This document shows, piece after piece, positions 18,837 through 29,566 of a stretch of 62,841 nt of DNA (within the stretch, counting starts at the first letter, position 1; each line of letters begins with the position of its first letter). The notes under the pieces are model-generated. The model saw only the letters and a list, made by a program, of their open reading frames with translations. It was not told the origin of the DNA and did not search any database. The position numbers and the translations under genes were made by a program. Origin of the DNA: Clostridiales bacterium DTU073 (GTDB lineage: Bacteria; Bacillota; Peptococcia; DRI-13; DTU073); assembly GCA_001512665.1 (NCBI GenBank), contig LFSF01000038.1:104793-167633 (forward strand), in the 5' to 3' direction.

Positions 18837-21527
18837 TCATCCCTCCTTTTTGGCAGAATCTTTCAGCACTTTCTGCTGTAATTCATAAAATAGGTTTAAA
18901 GCCTCAATAGGGGTCATTGTTAACAAATCCGGTGCTAAGATCGCACTTTCCAAGGCGTTTTTTTCCGCTCGCAATTCTTTGATTATCTCTTGGAGCTTCC
19001 TAAGCTCGTCCTGGCTTTGGGTATGATTAGGTGATGCATCTCCCTCTGCTTTAAAGCTCACATTTTTTATGTTCTGGACATACAGGGTTTTGTTACCGTT
19101 TTTTTCTTTCTCAATACTACTTAGAACTTCTTTAGCTCGATCCACAACCTGTTGTGGAAGCCCGGCCAATCTGGCTACCTGAATCCCATAACTTCGATCA
19201 GCGGCACCGGAAACAATTTTATGTAAAAAAATAATCTCTTCTCCTATTTCTTTTACTGATACAGAATAATTTTCTACATTTTCATACAAACTACTTAAAC
19301 GGGTTAATTCATGATAATGAGTAGCAAAAAGAGTTTTTGCTTTAAGTTTTTTAATCAAATATTCACTCACTGCCCAAGCCATACTTAGACCGTCATGGGT
19401 ACTGGTTCCCCTTCCCACTTCATCCAAGATTACCAGGCTATAAGGAGTAGCATGATTCAAAATATTGGCAACCTCATTCATTTCCACCATAAAGGTACTT
19501 TGTCCACTACGCAAGTCATCATTGGCACCTACTCGGGCAAAAACACGATCGCGAATAGAGAGCACAGCTTTCCTCGCCGGAACAAAGCTGCCCATTTGTG
19601 CCATAATCACAGCTAAAGCCACACTGCGGCAATAAGTACTTTTTCCGCCCATATTTGGACCGGTAATCACATAAAAATCATTTTGCTTAGGCATATCCAG
19701 ATCATTGGGGACATAAGCGGTAGCGGTCAAAACCTTTTCTACTACCGGATGCCTCAAATCTAGAAATTGTAGGTAATTTTCCTCTTTATCCAAAAGCTGT
19801 GGCCGTACATAGGAATTCTGAACGGCTACTTCAGCTAATGATTGCAAAACATCTACTTGTGCAAGAATTTCCGAGGTTTTTTGCACGCGCTGCGCTTCTT
19901 TGCCCAATTCATTAAGAAGATTTTTGTAGATTTCTTCCTCAAGGGGAATTAACTTTTCTTCTGCCCCAAGAACTTGACTTTCTAAGCGTTGTAATTCTTC
20001 AGTTATATACCTCTCCCCATTAGCCAGGGTCTGTTTTCTTTGAAAATAATCCGGAACAAGTTCTAAATTCGCCTTCGTTACCTCAAAATAGTAACCGAAC
20101 ACTTTATTAAAACCGATTTTTAAGGATTTTATGCCTGTTTTTTCTTTTTCCTCACTTTCTAAACGGGCAATCCATTCCTTCCCTTTTTCACTGGCTTCCC
20201 TTAAATCGTCGATTTGTTGATTGTATCCCCTTTTGAAAACACCACCGTCTTTTAAATTATAGGGAGGATTCTCTACCAAAGCTGCATCTAATAAAGAGAT
20301 CACATCAATTAAAAGGTCTAAATTATTCTTCAGAGTAGTAAGATATTGTGAATGTTTAAATACATCTAAAAGCTCCTTAAGCTCCGGCAATACCTGCAAA
20401 GAGTTTTTCAAGGAAAGTAATTCCTGAGGATTAGCTCGTCCATACAAAACACGAGTCATTAATCTTTCCAAATCATAAATCTTTTCTAAACAGCTGCGAA
20501 TTTTTTGCCTTTCAGACCAACTTTCACTTAATACCTCAACTGCATCCAAACGGCTTTCCAGTGTTTTTATGTCGGTCAACGGATTCTGCAGCCAAAGCTG
20601 TAAAAGTCTTGCTCCCGCAGCAGTTTTCGTCTTATCCAATAAATCTAATAAGCTGCCTTTACGTTCATTGGAGCGTATTGTTTTGGTTATTTCTAAATTT
20701 CGGAAAGTTGTCGCATCCAAAGCTAAGTATCTTTCCGGATAATAAAACTGTAGTTTTTTTATCTGCTGCGGGGCAGCCTTTTGGGTATCTGTTAAATACC
20801 TTAAAATTGCTCCGGCGCAAGATATTGCTTGTCTCTGATTTTGACAACCACAGGCCTCCAAAGAAGATACCTTAAAGTGATTGAGAATAATTTGCCTTGC
20901 ACTTAAGTAGGCAAACGCCTCTTGATGATATGGTGTAACCAAAACTCCATCTAAATAAGGCCATATTTGCTCGAAGTTTGACTCAGCACCCTCCGGATAG
21001 AGTATTTCCACAGGGTGTAAGCGCAATAATTCATCCCGCAGAACTTCAAATCCTTCAGAACCGCTTAGTTCACTGAGCCAAAACTGACCGGTTGAAACAT
21101 CACAAAAAGCCAATCCCCAAACATTCTGCTGGCGTGATAAAGCGACTAAATAGGAACTGGTTGTTTCTTGTAATAGTGGAGAATCAATGGCTGTACCCGG
21201 AGTAACAACCCTAATTACCTCGCGCTTGACAATTCCTTTACATTGTTTAGGGTCTTCCATTTGCTCACAAATGGCCACCTTATAACCTTTTTTAATCAGC
21301 TTAGCCAAATAATTATCTACCGCATGATAAGGTACTCCACACATGGGAACACGGTCCTTCTTGCCAGCATCGCGGCCGGTTAAAGTAATATCTAATTCCC
21401 GGGAAGCTAATAACGCATCCGGTCCGAACATTTCATAAAAATCGCCTAAACGAAAGAAAAGAATAGCATCAGGATACTGCTCCTTTATTTTCTGATACTG
21501 TTTCATCATAGGGGTTTGCCCTAACAT
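18837..21527 (-). CDS. mutS: DNA mismatch repair protein MutS
   Basis: TPMMKQY, GDFYEMF, TGPNMGGKST, DEVGRGT, SYGIQVA. Confidence 0.98.
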   Translation of the reverse strand: MLGQTPMMKQYQKIKEQYPDAILFFRLGDFYEMFGPDALLASRELDITLTGRDAGKKDRVPMCGVPYHAVDNYLAKLIKKGYKVAICEQMEDPKQCKGIVKREVIRVVTPGTAIDSPLLQETTSSYLVALSRQQNVWGLAFCDVSTGQFWLSELSGSEGFEVLRDELLRLHPVEILYPEGAESNFEQIWPYLDGVLVTPYHQEAFAYLSARQIILNHFKVSSLEACGCQNQRQAISCAGAILRYLTDTQKAAPQQIKKLQFYYPERYLALDATTFRNLEITKTIRSNERKGSLLDLLDKTKTAAGARLLQLWLQNPLTDIKTLESRLDAVEVLSESWSERQKIRSCLEKIYDLERLMTRVLYGRANPQELLSLKNSLQVLPELKELLDVFKHSQYLTTLKNNLDLLIDVISLLDAALVENPPYNLKDGGVFKRGYNQQIDDLREASEKGKEWIARLESEEKEKTGIKSLKIGFNKVFGYYFEVTKANLELVPDYFQRKQTLANGERYITEELQRLESQVLGAEEKLIPLEEEIYKNLLNELGKEAQRVQKTSEILAQVDVLQSLAEVAVQNSYVRPQLLDKEENYLQFLDLRHPVVEKVLTATAYVPNDLDMPKQNDFYVITGPNMGGKSTYCRSVALAVIMAQMGSFVPARKAVLSIRDRVFARVGANDDLRSGQSTFMVEMNEVANILNHATPYSLVILDEVGRGTSTHDGLSMAWAVSEYLIKKLKAKTLFATHYHELTRLSSLYENVENYSVSVKEIGEEIIFLHKIVSGAADRSYGIQVARLAGLPQQVVDRAKEVLSSIEKEKNGNKTLYVQNIKNVSFKAEGDASPNHTQSQDELRKLQEIIKELRAEKNALESAILAPDLLTMTPIEALNLFYELQQKVLKDSAKKEG

Positions 21528-21584
21528 TCTCCGTCGTTCTCCTCCTTTCTTTTCTTTCTCTTCTCATTTTACTAGCTTCTTGTT

Positions 21585-22904
21585 TTATTTTAATTTCCCT
21601 TTTAAAACCCAAGTCTGAGGATCAGTTATTTCTACATCTACAAATTTACCAATCAACTCTTTCGAGCCCGCAAAGAGTACAGTTTTATTCGTTGCTGTTC
21701 GACCTTCTAAGATTGCCTGGTCTTTTTTACTGCAGCCATCTACTAAAACTTCAACAACTTGTCCTTCCAACTGAGAATTTATCGCTAAACTGATTTCGTT
21801 TTGTACTTGCATAAGCTGCTGTAAGCGACTTTTCTTTACAGCCAATGGAATCTGGTCTTTCATTTTGGCCGCCAGAGTCCCGGTACGAGCTGAATAAATA
21901 AAAGTGAACGCCGAATCAAAACGCAACTCCTTCACTAACTCTATAGTATCTTGAAAATCTTCATCAGTTTCACCCGGAAAACCGACAATAATATCCGTAG
22001 TAATACTTGCCGAAGGAACATATTCTCGTACTGTTTCCACTAATTCACGGTAATGCTCCCTTGTATATCCGCGGTTCATCTTTTGCAAAATTTTATTGCT
22101 CCCTGATTGCAAAGGAAGATGAAAATGTGGGCACACTTTAGCTAACCCACTGATTGTTTTAATTAAATCAACATTAAAATCACGTGGGTGTGAAGTCAGA
22201 TAACGAATTCTCTTTAAGCCCTCAATCGCATTAACTTGCTCTAATAAATGAGCAAAAGTCACGGGTGGATCAAAGGTCTTGCCATAGGAGTTAACATTTT
22301 GTCCTAAGAGCATGACCTCTACAACCCCGTCTGCAACCAGGTCTTTTATTTCTTTGAGAATATACTGCGGTTCCCGACTTTTTTCCCGCCCCCGTACATA
22401 AGGAACAATACAATATGTGCAAAAATTATTACAACCATAAGTAATGTTTACCCGAGCTTTAAAAGGCACTTCCCGTACAGTCGGTAAGTCCTCTTTTATC
22501 TCCTGCAAATCAGCTAAAATCTGAGTCTGCGGAGTTTTCGTTTCTTCTAACTTTTTGATGAGCTCAGGTAATTGATCCAGATTATGCGTACCAAAAATCA
22601 AATCCACATGTGGTGCACGACGATGTATCTTTTCTGCCATTTTTTCTTGTTGCACCATACAGCCACATATCCCGATAATCAAGTCTGGTTTTTCGGCTTT
22701 TAATTCTTTTAATTCTCCAACCTGGCTCAAAACTTTATTCTCGGCTTTTTCCCGAATACAACAGGTATTAAAAAGAATAATGTCTGCATCGAATAATTCA
22801 GCGGCGGGAACATATCCTGTTTTTTGTAAAATACCGGCTAATGTTTCGGAATCTCTTTCATTAGCCTGACAACCAAAAGTCAAAATATAATACTTTTTGT
22901 CCAT
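21585..22904 (-). CDS. miaB: tRNA ms2i6A37 methylthiotransferase MiaB
   Basis: TFGCQAN, NTCCIREKAE, radical-SAM CNNFCTYC, C-terminal TRAM. Confidence 0.95.
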   Translation of the reverse strand: MDKKYYILTFGCQANERDSETLAGILQKTGYVPAAELFDADIILFNTCCIREKAENKVLSQVGELKELKAEKPDLIIGICGCMVQQEKMAEKIHRRAPHVDLIFGTHNLDQLPELIKKLEETKTPQTQILADLQEIKEDLPTVREVPFKARVNITYGCNNFCTYCIVPYVRGREKSREPQYILKEIKDLVADGVVEVMLLGQNVNSYGKTFDPPVTFAHLLEQVNAIEGLKRIRYLTSHPRDFNVDLIKTISGLAKVCPHFHLPLQSGSNKILQKMNRGYTREHYRELVETVREYVPSASITTDIIVGFPGETDEDFQDTIELVKELRFDSAFTFIYSARTGTLAAKMKDQIPLAVKKSRLQQLMQVQNEISLAINSQLEGQVVEVLVDGCSKKDQAILEGRTATNKTVLFAGSKELIGKFVDVEITDPQTWVLKGKLK

Positions 22905-22943
22905 AGATGCTACCTCATTTTATTTTTCTTATAGTATACCACA

Positions 22944-23801
22944 TTAAGTACAGAGTAGTTGTTTTATTCGCGGTAGCATCTCAACTGTTGCTTTATAACC
23001 GCAGTTAATAAGATAATCTATTTTACTAAAATCAGCTACCTGAACATAATTAAACTCAGGAGAAATAATTAAGTCTGCAGAAGCAATACTCGGCCTGGTA
23101 ATCTGATAAACCATTAAATCAATAGACTGAAGAGCAATTTCCAAAATATTATCAACATAAGGTACAGGTTTACCGCTATAACTCAGATTTACCGCAACTA
23201 CCTTTTTTGCTCCCATCATCCGGGTAATTTCCACAGGTAAATTAGCCCTTACCCCACCATCTACTAACCTCATCCTTTTTATTATTTTAGGCTTAAAAAT
23301 ACCGGGGAGAGAAATACTAGCTCTAATAGCTTCAGATAAAGTCACATCATGAAGAAAAACATAATCGTTTCTCATTAACAAACGATTTGGTAAGGAAGTA
23401 AACACCACAATATTTGTATTATTAATATCCACAGCGGTTATTGCTAAAGGCATTTTAATCTTATTTATTTTAATACCTTTAGTTAAATTATATAGATAAC
23501 GTTCAAAATAATCACCTTGAATCAATCCGCTGGTTGTTGGCTTCCCGGAAAACAAAATATTAATTAAAGATGAAAATATCCCCATAAAATCAACATCAAA
23601 TTGTTTTTTACTGATTTGTTTACCAATTAACCTAAGCTCTTGAGGAGTATATCCATACGCATACAAACCGGCAACAATAGAACCGGCACTTGTACCGGAA
23701 ATAAAAGCAGGCTTAATCTTTGCTTCATGTAAAGCTTGTAAAACGCCGATATGAGCACATCCGCGCACACCACCACCTGAAAGGACCAGTCCTAAGCTCA
23801 T
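22944..23801 (-). CDS. Patatin-like phospholipase
   Basis: SGGGVRG, GTSAG and DGG motifs. Confidence 0.9.
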   Translation of the reverse strand: MSLGLVLSGGGVRGCAHIGVLQALHEAKIKPAFISGTSAGSIVAGLYAYGYTPQELRLIGKQISKKQFDVDFMGIFSSLINILFSGKPTTSGLIQGDYFERYLYNLTKGIKINKIKMPLAITAVDINNTNIVVFTSLPNRLLMRNDYVFLHDVTLSEAIRASISLPGIFKPKIIKRMRLVDGGVRANLPVEITRMMGAKKVVAVNLSYSGKPVPYVDNILEIALQSIDLMVYQITRPSIASADLIISPEFNYVQVADFSKIDYLINCGYKATVEMLPRIKQLLCT

Positions 23802-23928
23802 TCAACGTTCCCCCTCTCTTATGGAAAGCTGTTATTACACTATATGAAAAATAACAATACAGTGTTTTTCAAAATCAAGTAAAGAACATTTATTTAAGAA
23901 AGGAGGATAAAAGATCTTTAAGATTATC

Positions 23929-24897
23929 TTGAAGCGGATAACATTTGTTTTTTTCTTTTTCCTTTTCTTTTTCTCCCTCATCTACAGTACGCATCCGGCA
24001 ACATACGGAATAGAAGCAAAAAAACATCCGGATAACTGTCTGTGTAGTAATCATGAAGATTTCCCCGATTTATACCAGAATGCACCTCATAATCATGAAT
24101 CAGCTGTGCAAGAATTACAGCAGGTACTTTATGACTTAGGATATTATCAAGGCGATATCACCGGAATTTATGATGAACATACTACTAAAGCTGTTAATGC
24201 CTTTCAAAAAAGTATGGGCTTAGCCACAGACGGTAAAGTTAAATATCATGTTTGGCTGAAACTAGCCGAAGCTGCTGAAATGAAAGTATCTAGAAATAAA
24301 CTGTCAGCACCTACCGGAGATATTTGCATCGTTATTGATACCTTTCGTCGAACACTTACCGTGCTCAATGATCAAAAACCTTACGCTCAATTCCCTGTTG
24401 CTATCGGTAAAGCCAAAACTCCTTCCCCTATTGGTAATTGGAAAATCATTAATAAAGGTGCTCATTGGGGTACCGGTTTTGGTACACGTTGGCTAGGTCT
24501 TAATGTTCCTTGGGGAGTTTATGGGATTCATGGCACTAATAAACCATGGTCTATTGGAACAATGGCCAGTCACGGCTGTTTTCGCATGTTTAATAAAGAT
24601 GTGGAAACTATTTATCCTTGGGTCAAAAACGGTACACCCGTAATTGTCATCGGCAATCCCATAGGTTATATGGCAGGAGGATTACAACGATTAAATGTAG
24701 GAGATAAATGTTCCGCTGTAACCATGGTTCAAGAAAAACTATGGCGCAAAGGATTATACACCGGAAAGCCCGATGGGATTTTCGGACCCGGTACAGAAAA
24801 AGCCGTAAAAGAACTGCAAAAAAAATATTCATTACCAATCACAGGTCAAGTCGGTTATCAGGAATATGAAGTCTTAGGTATTTTACAAGCAAAATAA
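23929..24897 (+). CDS. Secreted L,D-transpeptidase (YkuD) with two peptidoglycan-binding domains
   Basis: Signal-like N-terminus; YGIHGTN..ASHGCFRM; PG_binding_1-like repeats on both sides. Confidence 0.9.
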   Translation: MKRITFVFFFFLFFFSLIYSTHPATYGIEAKKHPDNCLCSNHEDFPDLYQNAPHNHESAVQELQQVLYDLGYYQGDITGIYDEHTTKAVNAFQKSMGLATDGKVKYHVWLKLAEAAEMKVSRNKLSAPTGDICIVIDTFRRTLTVLNDQKPYAQFPVAIGKAKTPSPIGNWKIINKGAHWGTGFGTRWLGLNVPWGVYGIHGTNKPWSIGTMASHGCFRMFNKDVETIYPWVKNGTPVIVIGNPIGYMAGGLQRLNVGDKCSAVTMVQEKLWRKGLYTGKPDGIFGPGTEKAVKELQKKYSLPITGQVGYQEYEVLGILQAK

Positions 24898-24898
24898 G

Positions 24899-24931
24899 GA
24901 AAGTGCCTAGCAATTTGGCACTTTCTTTTTA
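24899..24931. terminator. Terminator between convergent genes
   Basis: GAAAGTGCC/GGCACTTTC stem plus T tract. Confidence 0.7.
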
Positions 24932-24954
24932 CTTACTTACTTATTTTGCAAAAC

Positions 24955-26478
24955 TTATATTGCTTGAATATGTGAACTTGAATTTGCTATGTCTGTCTTT
25001 TCAACATATGCTATATCTTTGCACAATACTTTAATCTCTTTTACTTCTGGATCTTCTGTCCCTTGCAGTTCCGCATTTTCTTTCCTCAAGATATTGACAT
25101 AATCGATGATTTCACGAGTAATCCTTTCTCCCGGACAAAGAATGGGAATACCGGGAGGATAAGCCATAATTGATTCTGCACTAATTTCTCCTTCTGACTC
25201 ATTAAGAGGAATAGTTTTAACTTCAGCATAAAATGCCGCCCGCGGAGAAATAACCATTTCCGGTATTTCCGGCAAGGGAATAAAATATTTGAAGACATTC
25301 TTTACTTTTCTTTCATTTGCAATTTCTCTAAACGCATTAATCAGTTTCGTAAGACTCTGGCGGTCATCACCTAAACTAACCAATGATAAAACATTAAAGA
25401 GGTCAGAGAGCTCTACTTGGATCTGATATTTCTTGCGAAGAATTTTTTCCACTTCAAAACCGGAAAGGCCTAAGGCTTTTACATTAACCACGATTTTAGT
25501 GGGGTCAAAGGCGTAACATCCCGGTTGCTGCAAAACCTCTTCCCCCATAACGTATAACCCGTCAATTTTATTTAATTCTTCACGAGCCCACAAAGACAAA
25601 TCATAAATTTCGCTAATAAGCTTCTCGCCCTTTTCTGCCAACTGTTTACGAGCAATATCCAAAGAGGCCAGAAGAATATATGAAGGACTGGTTGTCTGAG
25701 TTAAGTTTAGCACCGCCTTTACTTTTTGAGGATTAACTAAATCTCCCTGATGAAGCAACATAGAACTTTGAGTTAACGAACCGCCAAGCTTATGTGTACT
25801 GCTTGCGGACAAGTCTGCTCCGGCTTCCATAGCTGAGACAGGTAAACGGGAATCAAATTTCAAGTGAGCACCATGCGCTTCATCCACTAAAACCGGTTTT
25901 CCAAAAGCATGAGCAAGATTAACAATAGTTTGTAACTCAGAAGCAATCCCATAATAGGTCGGATTAATTAAAAAGACAGCTTTAGCCTCAGGGTGTTTTT
26001 TCAAAGCTTTGGCAACTGTTTCCGGGGTTACTCCCATGGCAATACCCAAAAAATCATCTATTTCCGGTTCAATGTAGATGGGTTCAGCACCACTGAGAAT
26101 AATACCGCCAATAGCAGATTTATGAGCATTACGCGGGATAATGATCTTATCACCGGGTTCACAAACACTCATTATCATCGCTTGAATACCATAGGTAGTT
26201 CCATTTACTAAAAAATAGGCATTATCCGCCCCATAAAGCTGAGCGGCCAAATCTTGTGCTTCCTTTATCACACTTACAGGATTACAAATATTATCCAAAT
26301 CCTCCATACAGGTCAAATCAATTTTTAAACAATCTGCTCCTAATAACTTTTCTAATTCTGGATTACCTTTACCTTGCTTATGACCTGGTACATGAAAAGA
26401 GGTGGTACCGTCCAAGGAATAATTTTTTAAAGCATTATAAATTGGTAACCGACTTTGATTAAATGTTTGATTGAGCAT
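24955..26478 (-). CDS. speA: Arginine (Orn/Lys/Arg) decarboxylase, PLP fold I
   Basis: FHVPGHK, LVNGTT, DEAHGAH, STHK, TTSPSY, YPPGIP. Confidence 0.85.
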   Translation of the reverse strand: MLNQTFNQSRLPIYNALKNYSLDGTTSFHVPGHKQGKGNPELEKLLGADCLKIDLTCMEDLDNICNPVSVIKEAQDLAAQLYGADNAYFLVNGTTYGIQAMIMSVCEPGDKIIIPRNAHKSAIGGIILSGAEPIYIEPEIDDFLGIAMGVTPETVAKALKKHPEAKAVFLINPTYYGIASELQTIVNLAHAFGKPVLVDEAHGAHLKFDSRLPVSAMEAGADLSASSTHKLGGSLTQSSMLLHQGDLVNPQKVKAVLNLTQTTSPSYILLASLDIARKQLAEKGEKLISEIYDLSLWAREELNKIDGLYVMGEEVLQQPGCYAFDPTKIVVNVKALGLSGFEVEKILRKKYQIQVELSDLFNVLSLVSLGDDRQSLTKLINAFREIANERKVKNVFKYFIPLPEIPEMVISPRAAFYAEVKTIPLNESEGEISAESIMAYPPGIPILCPGERITREIIDYVNILRKENAELQGTEDPEVKEIKVLCKDIAYVEKTDIANSSSHIQAI

Positions 26479-26625
26479 TTAATACCACCACCTTTATGAA
26501 TATTTTTACGAATATTTTATGTGACGAAATCATTTAACCATATTTTTATAGCTTATGCAATGATTTTTTTTCGTAAGTTTAACAATACTAATGATAGAAA
26601 AACTATCTTAGAAAGAGGCATTTTT

Positions 26626-27663
26626 ATGGCAAAAAAAACGAATTTTTCCTCCTTTAATTTACATCTTAATAAAGCTATCGGAATAGACTTAGGTACAGCT
26701 AATGTTCTTGTTTTTATCAAAGGCAAAGGTGTCATTACAAATGAACCATCCATAGTTGCTTTTAATACTATAACCAACGAAATTTTTGCTGTAGGAAATG
26801 AAGCCTATGAAATGGTGGGTCGTACTCCTAAAAATATTCGCATAATTAGGTCTCTAAAAAATGGGGTAATTGCAGACTATAACACCACCAAAATAATGCT
26901 CAAATATTTTATTTCTAAAGCACTTAAAGGTCTGAACCTGACCAAACCTAAAGCTTTTATCAGTGTACCTATGGGGATAACTGATGTGGAAAAAAGATCA
27001 GTTAGAGAAGCTGCCAAACAATCAGGTACTCAAGATGCCTATTTAATTAGTGAACCTATAGCAGCTGCTATAGGTGCCGGTTTACCTGTCAATGAGCCGC
27101 AGGGCAGTATGATTATCAATATTGGTGGAGGAACATCAGAAGTCGCCGTTATCTCGCTGGGTGGTATTGTTGTAGGTAAATCCATCCGTTTAGGTGGAGA
27201 TGCTCTCAATGAAGCTATTAGTAGAGGAATTAAAAAAATTACTAATATGGAAATCGGTGAACAAACAGCAGAAAAAATTAAAAAAGAAATAGGATATGCC
27301 ACTGATCCTCCTCACGATGTAAAATATCTCATTAAAGGTCGGGATCTGGCAACAGGTTTACCTAATGCTGTTGAGATTGGTGCAAAAGAAATAACAGAGG
27401 TCATTACTGAACCTCTGTATTCAATCATTGAAGGAATTCATTCCACTTTAGAAAAAACTCCTCCCGAATTAGCCGCCGATATTATGCAAACAGGTATCAC
27501 CTTAACCGGCGGTACTGCACTTTTGAAAAATATTGATACCTTATTATCCTCAGCCTGTAACATCCCCGTAAACATCGCAGAAGAGCCCTTAACCTGTGTC
27601 GTAAACGGCATCGGCAAAGCTTTCGAAGATGAACAATTATTACAAAAGCTGGCGTTAGCTTAG
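26626..27663 (+). CDS. MreB/Mbl-family actin-like protein
   Basis: IGIDLGTAN, EPIAAAIGAGL, IGGGT and LTGG motifs; ATG 26626 follows GAGG. Confidence 0.9.
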   Translation: MAKKTNFSSFNLHLNKAIGIDLGTANVLVFIKGKGVITNEPSIVAFNTITNEIFAVGNEAYEMVGRTPKNIRIIRSLKNGVIADYNTTKIMLKYFISKALKGLNLTKPKAFISVPMGITDVEKRSVREAAKQSGTQDAYLISEPIAAAIGAGLPVNEPQGSMIINIGGGTSEVAVISLGGIVVGKSIRLGGDALNEAISRGIKKITNMEIGEQTAEKIKKEIGYATDPPHDVKYLIKGRDLATGLPNAVEIGAKEITEVITEPLYSIIEGIHSTLEKTPPELAADIMQTGITLTGGTALLKNIDTLLSSACNIPVNIAEEPLTCVVNGIGKAFEDEQLLQKLALA

Positions 27664-28733
27664 TCTGACAAAACTGTATCTAGACTCTTCACAAACTGTT
27701 CCATATACTGATGTGGCCCAATAGTAACTCTAAGCCATTCCGGTAAACCAAAAGATGCTGTATTACGCACGAGAATCCCTTCTTGCAAAAGCTTTTCACA
27801 AACTACAGCAGCATTATTTACCTTTACGAGAAGAAAGTTTGCTTGAGAAGGAAGTACCATTAGTCCTCTCTGTCTTAATTCTTTCGTCAGCCACTCTCTT
27901 TCCTGAACTGTTTCTTTAATTACTTTCTGTGTATATTGCTCATCCTGCAAAGCCGCTGTTGCCGCAATCTGTGCTAGAGTATTGACATTATAAGGTTGAC
28001 GAATTTTTTCCAGCTCTCTGATCACTTCTGTTCCAGCTACCGCATAACCAATTCGGAGGGCAGCTAAGCTATAGACCTTAGAAAAGGTACGCAGGATAAT
28101 TAAATTAGCATATTTCCTCAATAACTCCGAAGAACGTGGAAAGTTTGGCTCTGTTGCATATTGACAATAAGCTTCATCTAAAACTACCAAAATTTCCGGT
28201 GGCACTTTCTGCAAAAATTGCTCAAAATCTGTATGACTAAAAAAGGTGCCGGTGGGATTATTGGGATTACATAAGAATACCATTTTCATATGAGGATGAA
28301 GAGATGCAGCTATTTCCTCCAAATTTAACACTAATTCCTTTTGCGGAACAAAGGTTACCTTACCGCCGTTTATGGTTACCGATGAAGCGTAAGAACTAAA
28401 GGTAGGTGTGGGAATTACTACCTCATCCCCCGGATTTAAAAAAGCGGTTGCTAACATCTGAATAACCTCATCTGCCCCATTACCCAGGCAGAAGTTTTCC
28501 ACCGGCAATGCCCAAAGTATACTGAGGGCTTTTTTTAATTCCTGTGCTGCTCCGTCTGGATAAAATTTTAGCTGATTAAGGCCGTTCTGTAACGCATTTC
28601 TTGCTGACGGGGCCGGTCCCCACAGACTTTCATTGGCCGATAGCTTGATAATTGTTTTACCAACCTCTTGTTCTAACTGCTCATGTGTCATTCCCGCATC
28701 ATAAGGAACTAAATTTTGAATACTATCACGCAT
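27660..28733 (-). CDS. hisC: Histidinol-phosphate aminotransferase (intact copy)
   Basis: KLSANE, GNGADE, CNPNNPTG, LDEAY, RTFSKVYSLAALRIGY. Confidence 0.9.
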   Translation of the reverse strand: MRDSIQNLVPYDAGMTHEQLEQEVGKTIIKLSANESLWGPAPSARNALQNGLNQLKFYPDGAAQELKKALSILWALPVENFCLGNGADEVIQMLATAFLNPGDEVVIPTPTFSSYASSVTINGGKVTFVPQKELVLNLEEIAASLHPHMKMVFLCNPNNPTGTFFSHTDFEQFLQKVPPEILVVLDEAYCQYATEPNFPRSSELLRKYANLIILRTFSKVYSLAALRIGYAVAGTEVIRELEKIRQPYNVNTLAQIAATAALQDEQYTQKVIKETVQEREWLTKELRQRGLMVLPSQANFLLVKVNNAAVVCEKLLQEGILVRNTASFGLPEWLRVTIGPHQYMEQFVKSLDTVLSD

Positions 28734-28873
28734 CTGTAAGATATCCCCCTGCTTTTTGCTTTGATTTTATCATATTTCTTCCCCGATGTCCCTCTCAGGT
28801 GTGTCTATTTTTTAGCACATCCACTCTGTTGCCACATTATTCGCTTATAGCATAAAAATACGTCTCTAAATAT

Positions 28874-29221
28874 TCACAGATCTAGATATATCTTTATTGC
28901 TGTTCTTATCTGTTCTTTCATTTCATCTGTATTAATACTGCCACATTTCTCCCCCAGTCGTTCTTTAGCAATTGCTCTAATCTGATGGGCCATAGCTATT
29001 GAATCTTTAGGCAATCCTGTTACCTTTGAACTTAGTAATACCTCAATGGGATAAACTTTTCTACCCTTTTTTATTGAAGTGAGCGATAATATAGTTACTA
29101 TCGGTAATGCTTGATTAACTTCTTCTGCTGATACAACAAGGACTGGTCTTATCCCGGCTTGTTCAGACCCTTTCGTGAGCGTAAGGTCTGCCCAGAAAAT
29201 TCCCCATTGGTAATCTACCAT
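28874..29221 (-). CDS. MazF/PemK-family type II toxin
   Basis: GSEQAGIRPVLVVS and QIRAI..ERL motifs; overlaps the upstream small gene. Confidence 0.9.
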   Translation of the reverse strand: MVDYQWGIFWADLTLTKGSEQAGIRPVLVVSAEEVNQALPIVTILSLTSIKKGRKVYPIEVLLSSKVTGLPKDSIAMAHQIRAIAKERLGEKCGSINTDEMKEQIRTAIKIYLDL

Positions 29222-29487
29222 TCTCTCTCTCCCCTTGCCGTTTCTAGATCGGAGGCTTTAAAAGCACACATGCTTTCTTCTAAATCTTGCATAAACAACG
29301 GATCTTTTGCTACTTTCATCATTTCCCTTTTTAATTTTTCTTTTTCTATCTTCACTGAATATTCTTCTAGCGCCTCTCTTACTCCGGCACTTACTGAAGG
29401 TATATAATTATTTTTGGCGTAAATCTTATACTTTTCCATTAAATCAATTGGTAATGAAAAGGTAACATTTTTAACCTTTGTCGCCAT
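29215..29487 (-). CDS. Putative ribbon-helix-helix antitoxin
   Basis: KNVTFSLP beta-strand, then helices; acidic tail; coupled to the toxin. Confidence 0.75.
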   Translation of the reverse strand: MATKVKNVTFSLPIDLMEKYKIYAKNNYIPSVSAGVREALEEYSVKIEKEKLKREMMKVAKDPLFMQDLEESMCAFKASDLETARGEREW

Positions 29488-29502
29488 ATAAAACACCTCT
29501 CA

Positions 29503-29544
29503 AGTTATATTGGTTATTTTTATTGTATAATAACCAATATAACT
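29503..29544. promoter_or_regulatory. Palindromic operator upstream of the TA operon
   Basis: Perfect 16-bp inverted repeat AGTTATATTGGTTATT-N10-AATAACCAATATAACT. Confidence 0.65.
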
Positions 29545-29566
29545 ATGCAATAACTTATTAAATAAT

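Noticed and set aside
26521..26625. 35-aa N-terminal extension on the MreB-like ORF
   Set aside because: ATG 26626 has an SD and gives a normal MreB length; the extension spans the divergent promoter region.
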